From: Methanobacteriota archaeon
GTDB taxonomy: Archaea > Thermoplasmatota > Thermoplasmata > SG8-5 > JAGLSY01
DNA: 64,000 nt
Reading direction: 5' to 3'
Assembly: GCA_020697715.1 (NCBI GenBank)
Contig: JAEHCO010000007.1
Coordinates: 1 to 64,000 of the forward strand
Positions 48,601 through 56,345 of the stretch are shown one piece after another. Both the position numbers and the translations under genes were made by a program. Positions within the stretch are counted from its first letter, which is position 1. Every line of letters starts with the position of its first letter. Under the pieces are notes generated by a model, which did not search any database, was not told where the DNA came from, and was given only the letters and a program-made list of their open reading frames with translations.

Positions 48601-51600
48601 GGTAACGGCAGTTAACGTCGCTGGAGAAGGAGCATTATCGAATGAGGCCAGTGATACACCTGGGCGAATACCAGATGCACCACAGACACTGACGGTCAAT
48701 GCTGGAGATAGTTATGCGACCCTTGATTGGCTGGCTCCGGCCTTTGATGGCGGCTTCCCGGTGACGAATTACAGAATATACAGGGGAACAAGCCCAGGCG
48801 GATGTTCCTTCCTCACAGAGATCGGTAATTCACTAACCTTCAATGACACTTCTGTGACCAATGGCCAGATATATTATTATCAGGTTTCCGCGGTCAATTC
48901 AGAGGGTGAAGGTTCTATATCGAATGAGGCCAGCGATACACCGCTGGCCATCCCATCATCTCCACTCACACCCTCCACCATATCGGGTGACCAGTATGTG
49001 GAATTGAGCTGGACAGTGCCAGCAGACAATGGCGGCTCCCCGGTGACGAATTACAGAATATACAGGGGAACAAGCCCTGGTGGTGAGACATTCCTCATCG
49101 AGATAGGCGATCAATTGAGCTACAATGATACCGCCCTGGCAAATGGCCAGATATATTATTACAGGGTATCTGCAAAGAATGTGGTCGGTGAGGGGGCAAT
49201 GTCGACCGAGGTCAGTGACACACCGCTGACCATTCCGAACTCCCCTCAATCCCTTGTGGCAGTACCTGGTGATACCATAGTGGATCTCAATTGGAATGCC
49301 CCAGCCATTGATGGCGGGACACCAGTCACCAATTACAATATCTACAGAGGGACAAGCCCAGGTACCGAGGTATTCCTTACCCAGATAGGTCCAGTGACCA
49401 CATACAATGATAATACTCTGGTAAATGGCCAGGTATACTATTATCAGGTAAGTGCGGTCAATGTTATCGGAGAGGGAACTCTATCTGGTGAGACATCGGC
49501 GATCCCGGTAAATGTACCGGGATCCCCATTGAACCCTACCACTACGGATGGTGATGAATATGTCGATATCACATGGGATGCCCCATCAGATATTGGCGGA
49601 ACTCCAGTATTGAATTACCGCGTGTACAGGGGAACAAGTCCAGGCACGGAGGTATTCCTGACCCAGATAGGCGATATCACCAATTTCAATGATACTGGCC
49701 TCGTAAATGGGCAGTCATATTATTATCAGATCAGCGCGGTCAATGCGGTCGGTGAAGGATCTCTATCCACTGAGACCAATGGAACAGCCAGAGCACCTCC
49801 GGATGCTCCAACCGACCTGGTAGCTATTGCCAATAATGGAGGCATGAACCTCACCTGGCAGCCGCCGCTTATAGACGGCGGATTCCCAGTACTGGATTAT
49901 TCCGTATATCGAGGTACATCACCAGGAAGCGAAGTTTTCCTGGCGTCCGTGGGCGGTCCAATAACAAGCTTCGATGATAGTGGGTTGGTAAATGGCCAGA
50001 TATATTATTACAAGGTCACGGCAAGCAATATTGTCGGAGAAAGTGGTATGTCAAACGAGGCCAGTGATATTCCAAAGGCCGTATCTTCTGAGCCTTTGTC
50101 CCTGTCAACAACCTCTGGCGCGGGATATGTGGAACTCAATTGGCTGGCACCTTCAGATCCTGGAGGCGGGACAATATCCAATTACAACATATACAGAGGA
50201 ATGACAGAAGGCGGTGAGATGTTCCTCGCCCAGATAGGAAATGTCACGACCTACAACAATACTGGGTTGATCAATGGCGATACCTATTATTACAAGGTCG
50301 CGGCAGTCAATGAGATAGGAACCGGACCAATGTCCAATGGTGTTAACGATACACCATTGGCACCCCCATCCGAACCTTATGGATTGACCACGGAGAGCGG
50401 TGATGAGTATGTGAACATCACCTGGCAAGTGCCATCTCTTGACGGAGGAACTCCGATAACTGGCTACCGTATCTATCGAGGTACTTCTCCAGGAGTAGCT
50501 ATATTCCTCACTCAGATAGGCAATGTACTCTATCTGAATGACACTGGCTTGACCAATGGCATCACCTATTATTACAATGTCAGCGCGGTCAATGCGATAA
50601 GCGAGGGGGCATTATCCTTAGAGGCTAATGACACACCACATGACCTTCCTACTGCTCCGCAGACATTGTCGGCAATTGCTGGTGATGAATATGTCAATCT
50701 CACATGGACAGCTCCAGCTGACCTGGGAGGTTTCTCAGTTACCAATTATAAGATATACAAGGGTACTGGCCCAGGTGCCGAAGTGTTCCTCACACAGATC
50801 GGCAATCTATCAACTTTCACAGACACTGCGATAAATGGCTGGACCACTTACTATTACAAGGTAAGTGCGGTCACCAGCATTGGGGAAGGCCCATTGTCCA
50901 ATGAGGCCAATGACTCACCGAACTCAAAGCCAGATGCACCATCCAATCTGGCAGAGGTATCTGGTGTCACCTTTGTGAATCTGACATGGGATGCGCCTCT
51001 TGATGGGGGTTATCCAGTAACTAATTACAATATATACAGAGGGAACACAACGGGAACTGAAACATACCTGGCCACTGTCGGTGTACAGCTTTATTACAAT
51101 GATTCCGCACTTGATCCATGGGATGATTATTATTACACGGTAAGCGCGATAAACCTGCTTGGCGAGGGACTCAATTCCAGTGAGATATTTGGAGTTCCAC
51201 AGTGCGTGCCATATGCACCCCAGAACCTCGCGGGCTTCATCAATAATATGATGATCGACCTGACATGGGACGATCCCGCAATATTCACCCCCATCGATTC
51301 GTATTACATATACAGGGGTAATGAGAGCGGAAATCTGACATATTATGATCAGGTATCATACCCAGATACAACGTACACTGATGAGAATCCGATATACAAT
51401 CAGAAGCATTTCTATGCAGTTGCTGGTATTAATATCGCAGGCGTGGGAGCATTGTCCAATGAGGATAATATAACGGTCTCACCACCCATTGGCCCCATAT
51501 CGATAGATGGAGATATTGACTTTGCAGCCCAGGCGGTAACTAATAGCTGGGCAGGAGCTGGTGTTCCAGGAGATCCATATATCATCGAGAATGTGGATAT

Positions 51601-52219
51601 AGATTCCACCACAGGCGATGGAATAACCATAATGAACACAAATGTGGATTTCATAATCAGATATGTCAATATATTTGGGGACCAGTCCTTCGGTGGAATT
51701 ACCCTGATAAATGTCAATAATGGAGCAATAGAGAATACCACCATTGACTTCAACTTCGGCGGTATCATACTTGACACGACCACGAACATCAAGGTCCGTG
51801 ACAGCAGGATATCCAACAATACCATGGATGCCATAATGATATTTTCATCCAGTAATATCGATCTCATAATGAACAATATATCAAATTCAGCCACGGGGAT
51901 CATGTTTGATACGTCAAATAATATCAATATCACATTCAATGACATATGTAATAATAGTAATGGGGTAATGATAGATATGAACTCCAATACTAATCAGATA
52001 TTCTATAACAATTTCATCGGGAACACGGTGCAGGCAATGGATGAGGACATGAGCATGAGCAATATGTGGGATGATATGTCCTTTGGTGGAAATTACTGGA
52101 GTGATTATGTGGATGTGGATTCCGGGCCAGATGGTGTATGGGACAATCCATACTTCATATCTGGCGCGGCAGGGGCAATGGATACCTTCGCATTGGTGGA
52201 TCCTGTTGTTCCGCCCTGA
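45614..52219 (+). CDS. Large type II membrane protein: acidic N-tail, TM, beta-rich domain, ~15 fibronectin type III repeats, C-terminal NosD-like beta-helix
   Basis: Repeats of PxAPxxL..LxWxxPxxxGG.PVTNYRIYRG..YYYxVSAVN..GEG; ends with GGNYWSDY; SD AGGTGAT before ATG 45614. Confidence 0.88.
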   Translation: MHSEEMDKNVNNNELNSDISIDDVEVIDDTVKTDIIEDDDITDEIDINDDADIIDDNEVDTKKPSTKNNGNKASKKMNKNALASIFIVIIMITGSFYAGILYGMEDGDSDQVIDKYDFETDSFDNGATLIRKDIKMPEDSDEVSEVTITNDTISFDYSTDTGAPDYSEGDIITGTEGEGYLRKIINITDEDGKIVADTEPVGLDEVILKGEFNASDNLMIDNGTRGWDLTSINHQEIKIETPIISGVISTKFYYEDFSAYTYARYDWGLKEFTYSLHEKMVLEVDFNITLKGEWKFDPKDMPGLFPQPKFNSFTIWLGGVPLVMQPQFEWGPIIELAANGEFKTGVKITVDRTSGLSFRNGKWTDLASESRTEEWRPMTFDFSFTAKLGIYADFEILLYGAVGPFIRGEVYFLFTWTPTTNPTLNIDFVLDIYAGLRFKVEFNYWSWSFWGGWKEKTGTLFSIEHSMHIFNLRVDVYDSPYEWPPEPPNNLRAEVPDPNVEEVWLHFDPIENERWPEASRWNLYRNGERLVFHTNPYSGIEVDYIKPTFSRSARYNEVLSQKMYSEDDELPEPGEDTFIIWGRSIDLFDDGASEVVFIDKDVEPGETYIYHIIPSSYRGEGNISDFAVIRLPTNPSVARSVNAIPNWNEVSPGNYTNNITITWQEPYDDGGLPIMNYLLEKGTQPDFTAAQTLDRITLDNVTSYIDTDIENGLEYYYRLQAYNGNFWSDVGDEVNCISNTPPGQIINLSASSGDDYVNLTWTAPDDDGGSRIVDYKVVRQPDSKIFLVGDVSSFNDTSVINGVIYTYSVIAINEDFDSTAPVTVSSTPLSTPSAPYGLNAVEGVAFVDLSWSPPLDIGGSPVTNYRIYRGTTPGNEVFLTQIGDMTNYNDPGLVNGQTYYYKVSAINIVGESGLSVETSSIPRTVPDAPQTLTVTAGDGYADLSWSAPAFDGGSSVTGHRIYRGTAPGNETFLVQIGNTLGYNDTAVANGQVYYYQVTAVNVAGEGALSNEASDTPGRIPDAPQTLTVNAGDSYATLDWLAPAFDGGFPVTNYRIYRGTSPGGCSFLTEIGNSLTFNDTSVTNGQIYYYQVSAVNSEGEGSISNEASDTPLAIPSSPLTPSTISGDQYVELSWTVPADNGGSPVTNYRIYRGTSPGGETFLIEIGDQLSYNDTALANGQIYYYRVSAKNVVGEGAMSTEVSDTPLTIPNSPQSLVAVPGDTIVDLNWNAPAIDGGTPVTNYNIYRGTSPGTEVFLTQIGPVTTYNDNTLVNGQVYYYQVSAVNVIGEGTLSGETSAIPVNVPGSPLNPTTTDGDEYVDITWDAPSDIGGTPVLNYRVYRGTSPGTEVFLTQIGDITNFNDTGLVNGQSYYYQISAVNAVGEGSLSTETNGTARAPPDAPTDLVAIANNGGMNLTWQPPLIDGGFPVLDYSVYRGTSPGSEVFLASVGGPITSFDDSGLVNGQIYYYKVTASNIVGESGMSNEASDIPKAVSSEPLSLSTTSGAGYVELNWLAPSDPGGGTISNYNIYRGMTEGGEMFLAQIGNVTTYNNTGLINGDTYYYKVAAVNEIGTGPMSNGVNDTPLAPPSEPYGLTTESGDEYVNITWQVPSLDGGTPITGYRIYRGTSPGVAIFLTQIGNVLYLNDTGLTNGITYYYNVSAVNAISEGALSLEANDTPHDLPTAPQTLSAIAGDEYVNLTWTAPADLGGFSVTNYKIYKGTGPGAEVFLTQIGNLSTFTDTAINGWTTYYYKVSAVTSIGEGPLSNEANDSPNSKPDAPSNLAEVSGVTFVNLTWDAPLDGGYPVTNYNIYRGNTTGTETYLATVGVQLYYNDSALDPWDDYYYTVSAINLLGEGLNSSEIFGVPQCVPYAPQNLAGFINNMMIDLTWDDPAIFTPIDSYYIYRGNESGNLTYYDQVSYPDTTYTDENPIYNQKHFYAVAGINIAGVGALSNEDNITVSPPIGPISIDGDIDFAAQAVTNSWAGAGVPGDPYIIENVDIDSTTGDGITIMNTNVDFIIRYVNIFGDQSFGGITLINVNNGAIENTTIDFNFGGIILDTTTNIKVRDSRISNNTMDAIMIFSSSNIDLIMNNISNSATGIMFDTSNNINITFNDICNNSNGVMIDMNSNTNQIFYNNFIGNTVQAMDEDMSMSNMWDDMSFGGNYWSDYVDVDSGPDGVWDNPYFISGAAGAMDTFALVDPVVPP

Positions 52220-52278
52220 TCTTTCAACCAAATCTTTATTTAACGTAATCTATTTCCTGCTCGCGCACAGGTGAGAGA

Positions 52279-53418
52279 ATGGAATTTGGACTGAATAAAG
52301 AACAGGAGATGATGAGGAACACCATCAGGGAATTCGCTCTGAATGAAATTGAGCCCATCGCAGCTGAGATCGACGAGAATGCCACCTTCCCGGTGGATAC
52401 CGTCAAGAAGCTGGGAGAACTTGGTTTCATGGGAATGACCGTGGCAAAGGAATACGGAGGAGCGGGCATGGACGATGTAAGCTATGCGATCGCGGTCGAG
52501 GAGATATCCCGAGTATGCGCGAGTCACGGTGTTACAGTATCCGTGAATAATTCTCTGGTATGCTGGCCCATTAATAAATACGGTACAGAGGAGCAGAAGC
52601 AGAAATATCTCATACCACTAGCAAGTGGTCAGAAATTGGGATGCTTTGGATTGACAGAGCCAAATGCAGGAACTGATGCATCTGGCCAGGCAACCGTCGC
52701 CGAGAAGAAGGGCGATAAATGGATCATCAATGGCTCCAAGATATTCATCACCAATGGAGCCGATGCCGATGTGGCTGTCATCTTCGCAATGACAGACAAG
52801 TCCAAAGGCACTCGTGGGATAAGCGCGTTCATAATCGAGAACACCTTCCCAGGATATTCACTGGGTACCATCGAGAAGAAGATGGGTATCCGTGGATCCT
52901 GCACTGCTGAGCTTGTTTTCGAGAACATGGAAGTTCCTGAAGAGAATATGCTTGGAAAGGAAGGCAGGGGCTTTGGTGTCGCGATGTCCACGCTGGACGG
53001 TGGCAGAATAGGAATTGCCGCCCAGGCATTGGGAATTGCGCAAGCCGCGATGGATGCCAGTGTTCAGTATGCGAAGGAGAGAGAGCAGTTCAGAAAGCCA
53101 CTGGCAAAGTTCCAGGCAATACAGTGGTTCCTTGCTGACATGGCCACGGAGATAGACGCGGCCAGGATGCTCGTGTACAAGGCGGCATTTGACAAATGGC
53201 AGAAGAAACCATATACTGTATCCGCGGCAATGGCAAAGCTATTCGCATCTGATATCTGTATGAATGCCACTAGAAACGCGATCCAGATCCATGGAGGATA
53301 TGGATACATCAAGGATTACGCAGTAGAAAGATTCTACAGGGATGCGAAGATAACTGAGATTTACGAAGGAACTTCTGAGGTCCAGAAGATGGTCATTTCA
53401 GGAGCATTATTGAAATAA
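52279..53418 (+). CDS. bcd: Short-chain (butyryl-CoA-like) acyl-CoA dehydrogenase
   Basis: FGLTEPNAGTDA, NGSKIFITNG, KMGIRGS, LDGGRIGIAAQ, REQF, IHGGYGY, IYEGTSEVQ. Confidence 0.92.
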   Translation: MEFGLNKEQEMMRNTIREFALNEIEPIAAEIDENATFPVDTVKKLGELGFMGMTVAKEYGGAGMDDVSYAIAVEEISRVCASHGVTVSVNNSLVCWPINKYGTEEQKQKYLIPLASGQKLGCFGLTEPNAGTDASGQATVAEKKGDKWIINGSKIFITNGADADVAVIFAMTDKSKGTRGISAFIIENTFPGYSLGTIEKKMGIRGSCTAELVFENMEVPEENMLGKEGRGFGVAMSTLDGGRIGIAAQALGIAQAAMDASVQYAKEREQFRKPLAKFQAIQWFLADMATEIDAARMLVYKAAFDKWQKKPYTVSAAMAKLFASDICMNATRNAIQIHGGYGYIKDYAVERFYRDAKITEIYEGTSEVQKMVISGALLK

Positions 53419-53432
53419 TTTGGAGGGATTAA

Positions 53433-54218
53433 ATGAACATTATTGTATGTATCAAGCAAGTACCAGACACCACGGACGTGAAGATAGATCCGAAGACAGG
53501 AACACTCATCAGGGATGGAGTGCCAAGCATTGTGAACCCAGATGACAAACATGCGGTTGAGGAAGCTCTTCGCCTGAAGGAGAAGTTCGGTGGAAAGGTC
53601 ACCGCTCTTTGTATGGGACCGCCACAAGCTGACGACGCATTGAGAGAGGTTTCCGCAATGGGTGTGGATGACCTTATTTTACTAAGTGACAGGGCCTTTG
53701 CAGGTGCTGACACATGGGCAACATCCTATGCACTTGGCGAGGCGATCAAGAAGGCGGAATACGATCTGGTCATATGTGGAAGAGAAGCCATAGACGGCGA
53801 TACCGCGCAGATCGGCCCCCAGCTTGCAGGATGTCTTGATATCCCCCAGATAACCTATGTTAAGAATGTGGAGATGGGCGATGGAAAGATACTGTGCGAG
53901 CGCGCCCTCGAGGATGGTTACGAAAAGATCGAGGCAAGCCTTCCAGCTCTTATCACTGTCATATCTGACCTGAACAAGCCCAGATACCCATCGGTGGGCG
54001 GCATAGTTGAAGCTTACAGAGAGAAAGAAGTGAAGGTATGGAATGCCGAGTTCATCGGCGCAGACCCAGAGCTTCTTGGTCTTAAAGGATCACCAACCGA
54101 AGTTAGAAAGACCTTCGCACCAGAGCCAAAAGGAGATGGTGAGATCCTACAGGGAAGCACGGACGAAATGGCCAAACAACTGGTCACTAAACTTGTAGAC
54201 AAGAATATTTTGAGGTGA
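53433..54218 (+). CDS. etfB: Electron transfer flavoprotein beta subunit
   Basis: VCIKQVPD, LSDRAFAGADTWATS, GREAIDGDTAQIGP, GLKGSPT. Confidence 0.96.
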   Translation: MNIIVCIKQVPDTTDVKIDPKTGTLIRDGVPSIVNPDDKHAVEEALRLKEKFGGKVTALCMGPPQADDALREVSAMGVDDLILLSDRAFAGADTWATSYALGEAIKKAEYDLVICGREAIDGDTAQIGPQLAGCLDIPQITYVKNVEMGDGKILCERALEDGYEKIEASLPALITVISDLNKPRYPSVGGIVEAYREKEVKVWNAEFIGADPELLGLKGSPTEVRKTFAPEPKGDGEILQGSTDEMAKQLVTKLVDKNILR

Positions 54219-54223
54219 TTCGA

Positions 54224-55468
54224 ATGGCTCAAATTAAAATTGATGAAGATGCATGCATCGGATGCAGCATATGTGTGAACAAATGCCCGGATGCTTATGA
54301 CCTGAATGATGACCAGAAGGCTATCGTGAAGAACCACAATGCCCCATGCGCACAGATCGGAGCAGATGACTGTCCGGTCGGCGCTATAGAGATCACTGGC
54401 GAGATCGTGCCAAGCGAGGCACCAGCTCCAGTAGCAGCTCCTGCACCAGTGGTAGCACAGCCAACAGGCGATTACAAAGGCGTGATGGTATTCGCAGAGC
54501 AGAGAGGCGGAGAGATCAAGAAGGTCACCATAGAACTTCTTGGACGCGGCCGTGGACTGGCTGATGACCTGGGTGTGGAATTATCAGCGGCTCTTATGGG
54601 TCACAATGTGGAAGGACTGGCCAAGGAACTTATCGCAAGAGGCGCGGATAAGGTTTACCTTATCCAGGATGCAAAACTTGAGAATTACAATACTGGCGGC
54701 TATGCAACAGCAATGAGCAAGCTCATAAACACAGAGAAGCCCGAGATCGTCCTTTACGGTGCGACACATATCGGTAGGGATCTGGCTCCAAGGATCGCCA
54801 GGGAACTGCATGCGGGACTTACAGCAGATTGTACGGAACTGACCATAGATCTGGAGCAGAGATTATTGCTTCAGACAAGACCAGCATTCGGTGGGAACAT
54901 AATGGCCACCATCATGTGTCCGAACCACAGACCACAGATGTCAACCGTACGCCCTGGAATAATGAAGGAAATGGATGCAGACCCAGCAAAGACTGGCCAG
55001 GTCATCAACTTCGATGCAGGATTGACAGATGCGGACATAACCACCAGGATCATCGAGATCATCAAGGAGAAGAAGTCAGTGGCTGGCCTTGAGGATGCGA
55101 AGTTCATAGTATCCGGTGGAAGAGGTGTCGGTGGTGCTGATGGTTTCAAGACCATTCAGGCACTGGCAGATGTTCTGGGAGCAGAAGTTGGCGGATCCAG
55201 GGTGGCAGTCGAGAAGGGCTGGATATCCAAGGACCAACAAGTGGGTCAGACAGGAAAAAGTGTCAGGCCAGCCTTGTACATCGCCTGCGGAATATCAGGT
55301 TCGATCCAGCACCGTGCTGGTATGCAGAACGCGGACTTCATCGTGGCCATCAATAAAGATCCAAATGCCCAGATATTCACTGTGGCTGACATTGGCATTG
55401 TTGGTGATCTATTCGATGTACTGCCAAAGCTGATCAATGAGCTTAAAGCAGCTAATATCGGCGCATAG
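54224..55468 (+). CDS. etfA: Electron transfer flavoprotein alpha subunit with N-terminal ferredoxin domain
   Basis: CIGCSICVNKCP..CPVGAI then Pro/Ala linker; GLTADCT, RPAFGGN, SGGRG, QVGQTGK, GISGSIQH, INKD; SD GAGGTGA before ATG 54224. Confidence 0.95.
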   Translation: MAQIKIDEDACIGCSICVNKCPDAYDLNDDQKAIVKNHNAPCAQIGADDCPVGAIEITGEIVPSEAPAPVAAPAPVVAQPTGDYKGVMVFAEQRGGEIKKVTIELLGRGRGLADDLGVELSAALMGHNVEGLAKELIARGADKVYLIQDAKLENYNTGGYATAMSKLINTEKPEIVLYGATHIGRDLAPRIARELHAGLTADCTELTIDLEQRLLLQTRPAFGGNIMATIMCPNHRPQMSTVRPGIMKEMDADPAKTGQVINFDAGLTDADITTRIIEIIKEKKSVAGLEDAKFIVSGGRGVGGADGFKTIQALADVLGAEVGGSRVAVEKGWISKDQQVGQTGKSVRPALYIACGISGSIQHRAGMQNADFIVAINKDPNAQIFTVADIGIVGDLFDVLPKLINELKAANIGA

Positions 55469-55483
55469 TCAGTAGATAAAATA

Positions 55484-55516
55484 ACTGGATGCTCTTGCTC
55501 TTCAAGGGCATCCAGT
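55484..55516 (+). terminator. Hairpin after etfA
   Basis: ACTGGATGCTCTTG / CAAGGGCATCCAGT stem followed by T-rich sequence. Confidence 0.55.
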
Positions 55517-55546
55517 CACTCTTAATTTCATTTTATTCACATTCTC

Positions 55547-55595
55547 TCTAATTAGATCAGCAGCTTTCTAATTAGATATCACCTTTCTAATTAGA
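55547..55595. repeat. Three copies of the palindrome TCTAATTAGA at 19-20 bp period
   Basis: 55547-55556, 55567-55576, 55586-55595. Confidence 0.85.
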
Positions 55596-55598
55596 TCA

Positions 55599-55850
55599 TC
55601 ATTCTTTATTGCGTATGGCTTTGAGGATGAGATAAGCACCACTGATGATCATAAGAATACCACCAATTATGCATATCAAAGCGAATATGTAATCGAGCAA
55701 GAACTGGATGATCTCACCAAGGAATAAAACAAGAAGCCCCAATATCACAATGCCAATGACAGCCCCAATTGTGTAGCCAATATATCTCAGTGTTTCCCTG
55801 AGCTTGCTTTCGGGTTCAGGTTGTGGTGGATACATGATTAACTCCGACAT
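55599..55850 (-). CDS. Small two-TM membrane protein
   Basis: Two long hydrophobic helices in an 83-aa ORF. Confidence 0.65.
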   Translation of the reverse strand: MSELIMYPPQPEPESKLRETLRYIGYTIGAVIGIVILGLLVLFLGEIIQFLLDYIFALICIIGGILMIISGAYLILKAIRNKE

Positions 55851-55983
55851 ATTATCAATTAACTAAAAATGTATATGAAAATCCCATATGAAAAGTTTGG
55901 GGAGCGTACGTGCCGCCCCCCATTCGTTTGTTTCCCAAATCCCTATTATCTATTCTGAATGTGAACTCAGACAAAGATCAAGA

Positions 55984-56133
55984 TCAGTATCTATCTCTTC
56001 GGGGTGGTCTGTGCTTCTGGTAGCAATCTCTGCAATATACTGGTCTTCCTTCTGCCGGTTTAAATGGCACTTCGCACTCATTTCCACAATCGGAGCATGA
56101 TGCCTTGTGCATTTCTCTATCTCTATTGTACAT
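55984..56133 (-). CDS. CxxC-x17-CxxC domain small protein (49 aa, not in ORF track)
   Basis: MYNRDREMHKASCSDCGNECEVPFKPAEGRPVYCRDCYQKHRPPRRDRY; VPFKP..RPVYC signature; SD AGGAG. Confidence 0.9.
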   Translation of the reverse strand: MYNRDREMHKASCSDCGNECEVPFKPAEGRPVYCRDCYQKHRPPRRDRY

Positions 56134-56282
56134 TCTATTTATCTCCTATTTTACCCATGGCACAAGATAATCCTGGGCCATATGGGTGATGGTTCATTCA
56201 CAATACTGTATATAATAATATGCACAGAAACACAGTCAAATACAGTAAATATATATTGAAAATATCTATAAAGTGAAAATGG

Positions 56283-56310
56283 GGGCTCTCCGTGATCTGT
56301 CGGAGAGCCC
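56283..56310 (-). terminator. Hairpin downstream of pnp
   Basis: GGGCTCTCCG / CGGAGAGCCC 10-bp perfect stem. Confidence 0.6.
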
Positions 56311-56345
56311 TATTCATTTATGCTTTGCCGAGGGATGAAGTGACC

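Noticed and set aside
557-52219. Diversity-generating retroelement acting on the giant surface proteins
   Set aside because: No reverse transcriptase and no template/variable repeat pair differing at adenines was seen.
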